Positions 39,887 to 52,650 of a stretch of 64,000 bases of DNA are shown here, one piece after another (the first letter of the stretch is position 1; each line of letters starts with the position of its first letter). Source of the DNA: Octopus vulgaris (Eukaryota); contig OX597815.1 of NCBI GenBank assembly GCA_951406725.2, forward strand, positions 29,512,001-29,576,000. The letters are read 5' to 3'. The position numbers and the translations under genes were made by a program. The notes under the pieces are model-generated. The model did not search any database. It had not been told where the DNA came from and was given only the letters and a program-made list of their open reading frames with translations.

Positions 39887-40456
39887 TTGGGTTGTCCGGA
39901 AAGTTCATGCTGATTTTTAAAGGAAAGAAAAAGGTCAATAAATATTTGCCATTACATTTTTAATCAACCAAATATAAACCATTTTGTTGCACAATGCATC
40001 TTCATCTTTCCTTTAACTTGAAAATACTCTCTTCCCAGAATTGAGGTGGTTTCATGGCAAAGAATTCATCAAGGTATCTTTTTACATCATCCAAGGAATT
40101 GAAATTTTTACCATTAAGGCCATTCTGCTGAGACCTGAATAAGTGGAAATCTGAAGGAGCAATATCTAGTGAATATGGAGGGTGGGTTAACACATCCCAG
40201 CCGAGCTGCAGCAATTTTTGTCTGGTTCCCAAAGCATCAAGTGCTGAAAATGAACTTTCTTATCTTCCATTTTAAAGGGTTACAGAATTAACACAGGTTG
40301 TAGGAAACCTTCTTTCACAAAAAGATAGCTTAAACTTGCGCTCTAAATGGAGGTGTAGTCAAATCCTATTTTATGGACTCAACCATGTTCTAAAATAAGT
40401 TGAAAGATAAGCTACTATAAATCGGCACGAACTTTCGAACTTTCCGGACAATCCAA
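39887..40456 (-). mobile_element. Internally deleted mariner with both TIRs and TA TSD
   Basis: TA|ttgggttgtccggaaagttc ... gaactttccggacaatccaa|TA; transposase C-terminus HPPYSLDIAPSDFHLFRS at 40002-40232. Confidence 0.92.
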
Positions 40457-41087
40457 TACATTAAATGTGAAGAGAACTGCTTATTTCACCAGCTTCTTCA
40501 TAATACCACTTATCTTTCTCACTACCTGGTATCTATCCTTCATTCTTAATACTGTCCCTTCCACTCACATTTCACATTGCCCCTCTTTCTGAGCCACCAA
40601 ATTATCTCTTCTTCACCCTCCTATGAGTAACTCTCTCCTCTTTCACACTAAATCTGCCTACCCAATCACACATCATAATCTCTCTCTTTTTCTCCCAGTC
40701 TCTCTTATCTTTCTATTGTTGACTCCTTTCTGAACTGTCAGTCATATCCTGCCCCTACATCCCCTCAATTCATATGTAATTACTAATCACCTCTCCGACC
40801 AACCTAATCTCTCTAATTATCACCTACTCTTCCACTTCTCTATTTATCATCCCTCAACACTTGTTCTTCCTCATGTTCACGCTCTTACCCATTCCTTATC
40901 TTTAACAAACTTCCACTCTCCCATACATTCTTGTAGCCTATACTCACCCATATTTCTTGTTCCCCTATTCCCACTCACTTCACTTGTATCTTGAGGGTCC
41001 ACTCTGACATCGCATTACCATTGTCTTTATCTCTTTGCAACTTTACCTCAGCTTCTTCTACCCTCTCTTTTATGAGTAGCCCTCTTT

Positions 41088-41487
41088 GCTCTTTTGCTTG
41101 TTTCAGTCATTTGACTTCGGCCATGCTGGAGCACCACCTTTAGTCAAGCAAATTGACCCCAGGACTTATTCTTTGTAAGCCCAGTACTTATTCTATCGGT
41201 CTCTTTTGCCGAACAGCTAGGTTACGGGGACATAAACACACCAGCATTGGTTGTCAAGCGATGTTGGGGAGACAAACACAGACACACAAACACATACACA
41301 TACATATATATATATACATATATATGACAGGCTTCTTTCAGTTTCTGTCTACCAAATCCACTCACAAGGCATTGGTTGGCCCGGGGCTATAGCAGAAGAC
41401 ACTTGCCCAAGATGCCACACAGTGGGACTGAACCTGGAACCATGTGGTTGGTTAGCAAGCTACTTACCACACAGCCACTCCTGTGCC
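41088..41487 (-). mobile_element. SINE family A
   Basis: Full-length homology to family A. Confidence 0.9.
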
Positions 41488-41874
41488 TATAGCTTTTCCA
41501 CAACAAAAGACCTGTACTTTTCTGCTCTTTTCTCTCGCACTTTAACCCCCTCATCTCCTAGTTTAAAGCCATCTCCCTCTCTACTGTAGCCCCATTCAAT
41601 CGAATGGGATCTTAGCCTTGCAAGCTGCATGGTGACCTCACTAGTGCTGATGTTATGAACAGAGCAGCTAGTACATGTTTAAAAGGGATTAACATTAGGA
41701 AGAGTATATGGCCATACTGGAGCATGTGCCTGCTGAATCCTATCAAACCAGCCAACCCATACCAGCATGGAACATAAATGTTAAATGATGATGATGATGA
41801 TGATGATAATGACGATTAGACACATATTGTTTACACACATGTATATACATACTATTATATATATATATATATAT

Positions 41875-42250
41875 AGGTGCAGGAGTGGCTGTGTAGTAAG
41901 AAGCTTGCTTACCAACCACATGGTTCTGGGTTCAGTCCCACTGCATGGCACTTGGCAAGTGTCTTGTACTATAGGCTTGGGCTGACTAAAGTCTTGTGAG
42001 TGGATTTGGTAGACGGAAATGTATGTATTATGTATTATGTATGTATGTATGTATGTATGTGTCTGTGTTTATCCCTCCCACATCGCTTGACAACTGATAG
42101 TGGTGTGTTTACGTGCCCATAACTTAGTGGTTTGGCAAAAGAGACCGATAGAATAAGCACTAGGCTTACAAAGAATAAGTCATGGGATCGATTTGTACAA
42201 CTAAAGGCGGTGCTCCAGCATGGCCACAGTCAAATAACTGAAACAAACAA
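41875..42250 (+). mobile_element. SINE family A
   Basis: Full-length homology; opposite orientation to 41088-41487, ~390 bp away. Confidence 0.88.
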
Positions 42251-42383
42251 AACAACAAAGGAATATATATATCATCATCATCATATTATATCTATTTTCT
42301 ATGCTACCATGGGTTTGACAGGTCATCATGACTCATGCTTCCATGGGAAAATGATTAAAATGATGACGATGATGATAGTGGTT

Positions 42384-42418
<35 letters not shown>

Positions 42419-42818
42419 ATATGTATCTATTTGTGCTTGTGGAGTTGTTAGCTACCTCCTCCTACATCGCTTTATTAATTTTGATGAAATTTGACACGTG
42501 AGTAGAACTCATGTCTGGAAACCTCATGGCATACTCATATTGTTGAAAAAATTGATAACAGGGCCCCTGGAAAGGATCCTTATATATATCTAATATATTT
42601 CATTTTAACAGCCAAGGGAAATAACCCATTCATTTTCCTAAATCATTTGGTATAAATCAAATTGAGTATGCTTATTTCTTAATATTTGAACTGTTAGAGT
42701 TATTTTCGTAATTTATCCAGTACAACCCTTAAACAAGTAAATAGTATTTTCCTAAACAATAGGTCCACTTATTTTGGTTAGTGACTTATTTACAAATATT
42801 ACCCGCTGAGGGTAATAT

Positions 42819-43090
42819 TCTCTGGGAACACACAAAAGCCCTTTTCAGAGTTATTTACTTTGAATTTTTATTATCTCATATCTGATTAGTCTGTTATTGT
42901 GTTACATGCTTCACAATTTTAGTATACATACCTTATTAGTATTTCCTCCTAAGTTCTATATACTCTGGGAACGCATTAAAGCCCTTTTCAGGGCTACTTT
43001 ATTTGAATTCTTACTATCCGGTAATTAATTTCATGTTCTTACGTAACTGACTTCACAATTTGAGTATTCATAACTAATTAGGAATTCCTA
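42819..43090. repeat. Diverged ~140-bp tandem duplication, possibly within a decayed Helitron-like element (~42420-43130)
   Basis: ctctgggaac.ca..aaagcccttttcag...ttcacaattt.agtat.cata occurs twice (42820 and 42964). Confidence 0.6.
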
Positions 43091-43217
43091 AAAACAAGAT
43101 CCTGTGTAAGACAGTTCAGTATTCTCTGTAAATGCACAAAAACTGTTTTAAGGGTTACATACAAAGTATGTAGCCCATACACAAACATACACACACACAC
43201 ACACACATGTGTATATA

Positions 43218-43378
43218 CCACATTTTAATGTGTATAAGGAAACCCCTAATTTTGGGGGCTTAAAATTTGGAAAAAAGGTTGTGTAAGGGATTATAATACT
43301 ATCCGTGTATAAGAAACTCCCATATTTTTTAAACCTAATTTTTGACAAAAATGAGTTCTTTATACACATTAAAATGCA

Positions 43379-43379
<1 letters not shown>
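43218..43379. mobile_element. Tc1/mariner-superfamily (pogo-like) MITE
   Basis: TIRs ccacattttaatgtgtataa / ttatacacattaaaatgcag, in TA-rich flanks. Confidence 0.7.
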
Positions 43380-43415
<36 letters not shown>

Positions 43416-44624
43416 CTGTGAATGTGTGGTTTGTTTACACTTACATTGTCACAAGATAAGGAAAAATGAAAGCAAATGACAAAGACTATGATATAGCAAA
43501 AACTGAAGTGCTTTCTGATTTAGTAATCCATAAACCCATAAACAATGGAATAGTTTTGTTGATTTGTGTTATGCATGCAATGACTAATTTTAGATTAGAT
43601 AGTACAGATTTCAGTTTAGTTATTCGAGACCCCATTAGAAGTAGTTGACCTTACTTTCTTTGATTTTTACTTTTCAATTTTTTAAAATACTATTTTATTA
43701 TGAAAATGGATGCTGTATACACACACACACACACACACACACACCATATGGATGCTTTGCAACTTAAGTTCTTTCTCATAGAGACTGCACTACATTTCAT
43801 AGTCAAGATTATATCACAAGGTTAAATGGTTAAGTGCAAGCTAACATAGTTAATGTAGTTTAACCAAGACAAAGTTTTAACCAATTAGTATTTCACCAAG
43901 AATATCATTAGTGTTAATGACAATCTGTGAAGAAAGACAAAGAAAACTACACCTAAAATGAAATTTATTAAGATTTGATTGGGGACATTCAGTGGGTGAG
44001 TCCTAACTTTGGTAAGTGTAGTGACAACTCCAGACATGTCTTCATTCTCCTAAGACTTTCTCAGAATCTAACTCTTATCTTTGGAAGCATATTGAAAGGG
44101 TGTTTTATTCTCAGGAAGAGCAATAACTTTTACCTCATAAATCACTGTCCTACTCATTCTTTTCCTTTCAAAAGTAATGGAAACAGCCATAAAGAGCCTT
44201 CTTTGACACCTTCAATCTCAACCAGTACAGCTTTTATAAACACAGGTGCACTAGAGACTGTATTCTTCTCTGTTACTCATCTGACTGTTACATTGAAAAA
44301 AATTTGGTGGAATCAGCATTGTTGTTTTAGACAGCATTAATCCTTTTGGCTGTGTGACATGCAAATCTTGTATCAAAATTTCCCACATTGACTCCATCCA
44401 ATTCCTGTCCCTTGGATTAGTGGTGTTCTGTGAGATGTAACTAGTGACATTCTCTCTAACCCACCCTCTGCTATGCTCCAGGGCTTAATTTTGTTTCCCA
44501 CACTCTTCTTTTAATATCTACTTGGCATCACATCCACTTTCCTGTTTCTACATTGATGATAATATCGTTCATTCTTTCCTATACTTTTGAACTCGTCCTT
44601 GACACTTCACATAAAGTCTGCACT

Positions 44625-44950
44625 GATTTTGTGATGAAAGACCTATTGAGTCAAGTACGTTAACACCAACATCAAATGAAAATTGAATGGAAATAGTAGT
44701 TAAGACACCCGTGCCGGTGACACGTTGAAAGAAAAGCACTGTCCGAACGTGGCAGAAGCCAGCACCACCTGAGTGGCGTCTGTTTCGGTGACACGTAAAA
44801 GCATCAACCGATCGTGGCTGTTTACCAGCTGTAGAAACTCTGCCAGATCAGACTGGAGCCTGGTGCAGCCTCCTGGCTTCCCAGACCCCGGTCGAACTGT
44901 CCAACCCATGCTAGCATGGAAAACGGACGTTAAACGAGGATGATGATGAT
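44625..44950 (+). mobile_element. RTE LINE 3' end
   Basis: Family-diagnostic sequence with (GAT)n tail. Confidence 0.85.
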
Positions 44951-45349
44951 GAGAGACCATGAAAATATCCTCTATTGCAGTCATGTCAACCTTCAAAGGA
45001 ACAAAGAAACAATCATTGCACATCTTAAAAGAATATTATTGAGGGCCACCTAAATATGAGTAGCACAAACCTAGAATCCTCACAAATGTTTCAAATATTA
45101 GCCACACCAAAACTGAAGTTCTCTTCTAGTTAGTATACATCCTCAGCAGCAAAGGCTAGCCTTCTTCATCACAGTCATTAAACACTTTAACCCTCAATCA
45201 CAACTAGAGCTTTACAAAGATCAAGTGAGATCTATAATGGAATACTTCTCCCATGTCTGAATCAGTGCTTTCCACATTAGAAGAAATGTAGCTCATCTGA
45301 TTGATTTGATGTTGCTCAACAATACATTTGAATTTCTGGTCGACAGATA

Positions 45350-45746
45350 TACTCTTTTACTTGTTTCAGTCATTTGGCTGTGGCCATGCTGGAGCACCGC
45401 CTTTTTAGTCCTGCGAATCGACCTCAGGGCTTATTCTTTGTAAGCCTAGTACTTATTCTATTGGTCTTTTTGCCGAACAGCTAAGTTACGAGGACATAAA
45501 CACACCAGCATTGGTTGTCAATTGATGATGGGGAAACAAACACAGACACACAAACATATACACATATTTATATATACATATATATGACATGCTTCTATCA
45601 GTTTCCGTCTACCAAATCCACTCACAAGGCTTTGGTCGGCCCGAGGCTATAGTAGAAGACATTTGCCCAAGGTGCCATGCAGTGAGACTGAACCCAGAAC
45701 CATGTGGTTTGTAAGCAAGCTACTTACCACACAGCCACTCCTATGC
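45350..45746 (-). mobile_element. SINE family A inserted in an old plus-strand LINE remnant (~44400-46050)
   Basis: Full-length family A; the flanks show decayed PQG.IL.PTLF and LINE C-terminal motifs. Confidence 0.85.
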
Positions 45747-46176
45747 CTTCTTTCTCAGCATTTTCTGCTGCAACTTCACTGATTTCCATTCCTTGACTCT
45801 GACTGGTTGTATGCCATTTCCAGTTAGCATTCCTGACATATTAGAATTCTTCTTGTCACCCATGTTCTGTCCAGTGTCCATCTCACCAGACTCCATACAA
45901 ACCACTATGTATGGTCCTTCTTTCTCTTAACATTTTCCCTCTAGAACTTTCTCAGTATGAGTTCTTTTTTTTTTTTTTTTTGCAGCTATCAACTTGTAAT
46001 AGTTTAAGTAGAATATTAGCAGCATCAATCTCACCAATTTCAAAGTGCCAGCAAAGCTCAAGGGCTCAATTCCTTCTAGATCAAATCATAAAAAAAAAAG
46101 GAAAAAGAAAAAGAAAAAAAAACCCCCAAAAAACCCCCAGAAAAAATTACCAGTCATTTCAAACTATATATATTTA

Positions 46177-46579
46177 CTCTTTTACTTGTTTCAGTTATTT
46201 GACTGCAGCCATGCTGGTGCACCGCCTTTAATCGAGCAACTCGACCCCGGGACTTATTCTTTTGTAAACCCAGTACTTATTCTATCGGTCTCTTTTGCCG
46301 AACCGCTAAGTAACGGGGACGTAAACACACCAGCATCGGTTGTCAAGCATTACTAGGGGGACAAACACAGACACACAAACAAACGCACACACACATATAT
46401 ATATATACATATATACGACGGGCTTCTTTCAGTTTCCGTCTACCAAATCCACTCACAAGGCTTTGGTCGGCCCGAGGCTATAGTAGAAGACACTTGCCCA
46501 AGGTGCCATGCAGTGGGACTGAACCCGGAACCATGTGGTTCGTAAGCAAGCTACTTACCACACAGCCACTCCTGCGCTT
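46177..46579 (-). mobile_element. SINE family A, young copy with 16-bp TSD
   Basis: TSD aaactatatatattta at 46161-46176 and 46580-46595; CpGs intact. Confidence 0.93.
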
Positions 46580-47360
46580 AAACTATATATATTTATCCAT
46601 AATAACCACTCACTGAAGTTACTTTCAGTGAAAATTCAGAGATAGCATGCTTCTTGTATTTTAGATTTAGATTTTAGATACGGTCGTTATTTGTTTGATC
46701 TTCTCTATACTCTATTATTCGTTTGTTTGATATTCCTCTAGACTTTAATATTCATTTCAATGTGGCAGATGTTAACAAATAACCCTTTTCCACTCACCCC
46801 TACTGTTTAACACCTCCCATCAAGACATCAAGAAGCAAAGTTTATAGAAGGGGGCCCAGTCTCTAAATAAAAGAAAAAAACCCCAGTAGATATAATTATT
46901 CTTGCTTTAAAGCTTATAAATATAGACAGCTTATGAATACAGAGAGCTGCCATGGGCAGTTGCTTTCTCCTGCTACTCTTTCTCAGCACAAAGTCATTGT
47001 GTCCTACCTCTATTTTTACAACCGCATTACTAACACCTTTATACAAAGAACAAGAACAGCAATGCTACCGGCATCACCACTGTCAGTTGTTTAATGCTTA
47101 GATAATGGAATATGTCAACAGTGACATGCTGATGAAAGCATTTAAAAAAAATTTTGACTAGGATTTGAACTATGTTGTATTAGAAGCACTACAAAAATAT
47201 GTTCACTTACTCAGAACATTTAAAGAAAGAGTGAGTGACATTAACTCTGGTTTATTATTATTATTATCATAAAAACAAAACAAAATAACACAAAAAAACA
47301 GCAACAACAAAAGGGTATAGTTAAAGGCAATGTCTGTGAAGTTAAGTAAATCAGAACTAT

Positions 47361-47758
47361 TACTCTTTTACTTGTTTCAGTCATTTGACTGCAGCCATGC
47401 TGGAGCACTGCCTTTAGTTGAGGAAATTGACCCCAGGACTTATTCTTTGTAAGCCTAGTACTTATTCTATCGGTCTCTTTTGCCGGACCGCTAAGTTACG
47501 GGGATGTAAATACACCAGCATTGGTTGTCAAGCGATGTTGGTGGCAACAAACACAGACACACAAACACACACATATATATATATAAACATATATACGACG
47601 GGCTTCTTTCAGTTTCCGTCTACCAAATCCACTCACAAGGCTTCGGTTGGCCCGAGACTATAGTAGAAGACAGTTGCCCAAGGTGCCACGCAGTGGGACT
47701 GAACTCAAAACCATGTGGTTTGTAAGCAAGCTACTTACCGCACAGCCACTCCTGCGCC
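47361..47758 (-). mobile_element. SINE family A
   Basis: Full-length homology to family A. Confidence 0.9.
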
Positions 47759-47981
47759 TATTGATCACATATTTGTAAATGTTAATTCTATTCTAGTCAA
47801 CAAGACAAAGAATGTTACTGTCTGCAGTTGAATTCATGATTGAATTATCAAGGGTATGAAGAACATCCAATTATAAATTTTCTCTCTAACTTTAAGAAAT
47901 GTCTAATTTGTAACTATCCTTACTGATGCTAACAGGAAAAAAAAATCACTGCAAAGCAATAATTAAAAATATACTTCTCAT

Positions 47982-48200
47982 CTTGGCCATTGCCAGACTC
48001 CCCTGGCACCTGTGCCGGTGGCACATAAAAAGCACCCACTACACTCATGGAGTGGTTGGCATTAGGAAGGGCATCCAGCTGTAGAAACACTGCCAGATCA
48101 GACTGGAGCCCGGTACAGCCTCCTGGCTTCCCAGACCCCGGTTGAACCGTCCAACCCATGCTAGCATGGAAAACGGACATTAAACGATGATGATGATGAT
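47982..48200 (+). mobile_element. RTE LINE 3' end
   Basis: Family-diagnostic sequence with (GAT)n tail. Confidence 0.85.
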
Positions 48201-48479
48201 CTAATGGCTGGAATATTATCTAGCCACAGAAAACATTAGGTGACAAAGATGTTTTAGTTCCTTCAGTTATTTAGGTGAGCTGACAGAATCTTTAAAGCAC
48301 TGGAAAAAGTGCATTGCAGCGTTTGTTCTGTATCTTTACTTTCCAAGTTCAAAATCTGGTGAGGTCAACTTTACCTTTCACCTCCCTGGGGTTGGTAAAA
48401 TAAAGTACCTGTCAAGAAATGGGGTCAATGGTATTAACTAATCCCCCTCCCCTCAAAGTTACTGGCCTTGAGTCTAAAA

Positions 48480-49107
48480 TGTTGTTGTTGTTTGTTCCTC
48501 TTCAAGCCATGCCTGACTCATAAGGGCCAGTTTCCTGGTTTCCTTGGCATATAGGTTCCCCACCTGGACAGGATGCTGGTCCGTCACAGCTGAGCTGCTA
48601 GATGCAGGAAGAAAGAGTGAGAGAAAGTTGTGGCGAAAGAGTCAGCAAAAGTTCACCATTACGTTCTGCTGGAGCCATGTGGAGCTTAGGTGTTTTGCTC
48701 ATAAACACTCACATCGCCTAGTCTGAGATTTGAACCTACAATCCCTCAACTGTGAGTCTGCTGCTCTGACTACTAGGCCATGTGCTTCCCTTGTATCTAA
48801 ATTCTTCTTCTTAATCCTTTTTGCCCCTTGTGGGGCATAGAGCCGGTTTCCTGGTTTCCTTGGCGTATAGGTTCCCCACCTGGATGGGACACCGGTTTGT
48901 TGCAGGTGAGCTGCAAGATGCAGGAGGAAAGAGTGAGAGAAAGTTGTGGCGAAAGAGTCAGAAGAAGTTCGCCACTACCTTCTGCCGGAGCCGCGTGGAG
49001 CTTAGGTGTTTCGCTCATAAACACACACATCACCCGGTCTGAGATTCGAACCCGCGATCCCTCGACCACAAATCCACTGCTCTAACCACTAGGCCATGTG
49101 CCTCCAC
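48480..49107 (-). mobile_element. Two adjacent family-B-related SINEs with different 3' tails
   Basis: 48480-48789 ends in (AAC)n; 48804-49107 ends in (AAG)n and has TSD tgtatctaaatt/tgtgtctaaatt. Confidence 0.88.
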
Positions 49108-49540
49108 TGTGTCTAAATTAGATATCATTAATTACTATGCAGACTTATCAGTTGATCTCACTGGCTTTTGCTGTCAACTGCTAAATGTTGTTATCGATTT
49201 ATTTTTCAGCTATGACAAAAGCATTTTTGCCTTATCTTCTGACATTCACCTTACTTTTTCGGTGTATTGCTACACACATTTGTATTCACTTATAAATTAG
49301 ATGTCTCTGTTTCTGTGAAGTAATTTTATATTTTAATGGTCTATTTAAATGTTATTCTTAAAACTTTCTCAGATTCAACAATTAATTACGTAATGATGTA
49401 TCTCTTTTAAGTATGATACACAGGTTGCTTTTTCAAACTAATATTACTATTTCTTTTGTACATAATGAATACTACGAGTATATGTGTATCTGTGTGTGTG
49501 TATGTATGTCTGAGTATTTATGTATATGTATGCATGTGTT

Positions 49541-49585
<45 letters not shown>

Positions 49586-49631
49586 AATAATTATTATTTG
49601 AGGGAATATAAATCCAAACTTACAGGGAAAA

Positions 49632-50273
49632 ATTTTAGGTATGGATTTCTAATTTAAGAAGCATTTTCTACTAACTACTATACACTAATTAAGAAGAAAC
49701 ATACAGAAACTCTGTTTTCAAGCTATGTGATGAATGCAACATAGAAACATGTCTTAGACTCAGTTGACCTAGTTGACATGGAAGGAAGAAATTAAGACAC
49801 ATTCCAGGTATTGGAAGACAATAAGAGATCTTTAATTAGATCATTAATTAGGTCTTAATTAGACTTTCTGCTCCGGTGTAAATTCTTTCACTAAAATATC
49901 CAGCTCGTCAAACTGAATATAATCATAGTATGTAAGAATGACAGGTATGGATCCCTAATTTAAGAAGCATTTTGACTAACATATCCTCCTCTATTTAATA
50001 TGGAAAAACACCTTTAACTGAAAAAATGTTGATTTTCCATTGCATGGCATCGAAATTCTTCCTCCATTACTGATGCTGACTTCTGTCAATACATAATGCA
50101 TGTCACTTTCGTTCATTCAAATAAAATTAATTTTTAAAGCGGTAATTTTTTTCTCTTAAAGGTAACTTGTCCCATCACAAACTTCACAAAAATGGAAACT
50201 GACTGTTACAAACAAAAAATAGATTAAAACTACAGCAAAGGGCAACTTGCCCCTTGGACAAAAATGTCTTATA

Positions 50274-50274
<1 letters not shown>
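49632..50274 (-). repeat. Left arm of a long inverted repeat (partial inverted copy of the element at 50384-51422)
   Basis: Reverse complement of 50401-51051, roughly 95% identical by eye. Confidence 0.95.
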
Positions 50275-50321
<47 letters not shown>

Positions 50322-50383
50322 TATGTATATATAAATACATATATGTATTGTATTGGGTCATCCCATAAATAATGTTAGACTGA

Positions 50384-51422
50384 GAGCCAGTCCTGATTTT
50401 ATATAAGACATTTTTGTCCAAGGGGCAAGTTGCCCTTTGTTGTAGTTTTAATCTATTTTTTGTTTGTAACAGTCAGTTTCCATTTTTGTGAAGTTTGTGA
50501 CGGGACAAGTTACCTTTAAGAGAAAAAATTACTGCTTTAAAAATTAATTTTATTCGAATGAACGAAAGCGACATGCATTATGTATTGACAGAAGTCAGCA
50601 TCAGTAATGGAGGAAGAATTTCGATGCCATGCAATGGAAAATCAACATTTTTTCAGTTAAAGATGTCTTTCCATATTCAATAGAGGAGGATGTGTTAGTC
50701 AAAATGCTTCTTAAATTAGTGGTCCATACCTGTCATTCTTACATACTATGATTATATTCAGTTTGACAAGCCGGATATTTTTGTGAAAGAATTTACACCG
50801 GAGCAGAAAGTCTAATTAAGACCTAATTAATGATCTAATTAAAGATCTCTTATTGTCTTCCAATACCTGGAATGTTTCTTAATTTCTTCCTTCTATGTCA
50901 ACTGGGTCAACTGGGTCAACTGAGTCTAAGACATGTTTCTATGTTGCATTCATCACATAGCTTGAAAACAGTGTTTCTGTACGTTTCTTCTTAATTAGTG
51001 TATAGTGGTTAGTAGAAAATGATTCTTAAATTAGAAATCCATACCTAAAATGGTTCTTAGGTGACATGAATAGATTCAGTTGGGTTTAGTGAACATTTCT
51101 GCGAAGTAATTGACGCTGGAGCAGAAAGTCTAATTAATTCCTAATTAAAACTTCTTAATTTGTTTTTCCATATCCGTTTTTTTCCCTTAAGTTTTCATTT
51201 AAGTACCACTTGTGTCTAAGGAGTAATAGTCAATGTAATTCATTACTGGAGCTTAAAGTCTAATTAAATTTGTTACTTATGTAAGTTGATTATCTCATAA
51301 TTAGTTAATCCATACCTAAGCATACTTAAGAATCACGTTTCATGGTATTAGGACCATTTGTACACATATTGTGTCTTGCTAGTATTTTGGAGCTTCAAGT
51401 CTAATCAAATCAGGACTGACTC
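50384..51422. mobile_element. Non-autonomous DNA transposon, Sola-like (GAG termini, 16-bp TIR, 4-bp TSD)
   Basis: TIRs gagccagtcctgattt / aaatcaggactgactc; flanks ctga / ctgc; internal subrepeat ggagc...aagtctaat occurs four times. Confidence 0.7.
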
Positions 51423-52650
51423 CTGCATTAACCATGCACTTCCACAAATGTCAGGCATACTGACTCGTATTATGTAACCAATGGTTTTATATAAGAAACA
51501 ATGGGTTTTCCAGCACACACATACACAGAGGACTCATAAAAAAAAATAAAAAGAGAAATGTTCTCTGCCTGATAAGCAGGCTTTGATATGAGCATGACAG
51601 AATTGCAAGTTCATACCTGTTATAAATCTAATACTTTGTGTCATTGGAAACATTAATATTATGGATTGTTAAAGCCAAATGAATTTGTGATCAATGTTTA
51701 GAAGGATCACCCAAATACTGGCTGGAAGCCTCTGTTGTTGCACGCCTACATGAAGTATCAGCCAAATCTCTCTCAAATCAAATGCAGCTGTCTTAAATAA
51801 GAAAAAGACAAATTAGAAAAATCAGTAACAACTCATATAAAAGGTGGAATGGTCAAGGTTGGAATCCCTCTGATCAAATGTCTGCTTATTCAGAGCTGAT
51901 ATGGAGCAAAGCAACAAAAACAAATGTTGACTCCCAACTGTTATCATTCCCTTGACCATAGCCAAGCCCTGTCTTTCCTCTATAATTTTTGTTGCAACAG
52001 TAGTTTTGCTACTTCTCTTCTGCTCTTCCTTCTTATCCCTTAACCATATGATCATTGGGGCATTCATTGATGATGTTGCAACCAAATTTTGGCACTTTTC
52101 TGAGTCTTCTTCTGCCTCTCATTGAGTCAGAGAAATTGAGGTCTGGCCTGTCCACTTTTTGATGTTAACTTGGGCAACAACCAATCTGTTATGAGTTCTG
52201 GTCTAGCTGTCATCATCATGAATGTATCATGAGCAAGTTAGCTTGGTGTTACCCATTCCTCACCAAGCCGTTAGCCACAACTGTATGCCTCTGAGACATG
52301 CATTGTCCCCAAACACCAGACTGTTAACCTAAGCAGGTTCCTCTGCTCTTGCCAGTCACCCTTTGGAATGCCTTACTGGGAGTCTTTTGCTTACTGGTGC
52401 AATGTTAATGTCATCTCGGTTTAGCCCACCAGCTGAAGTTGGGTACTGAGGTGTGACACCAGGGGTCACCAAGTGAGAGATTAGAAGTTGAATGAGGATC
52501 AGTGATGCCTGTCCATCTGACCATCCCCGGCAACCAACGTGCAGTTGTGAGATACCAAAAAAGGTATTATCTCTATTCAGAGCCTCCTGCACCCCATCTG
52601 TTTCCCTGTGTCTGCTTATAGAAAAGATTCAATTAATTGATTTTACTGGT

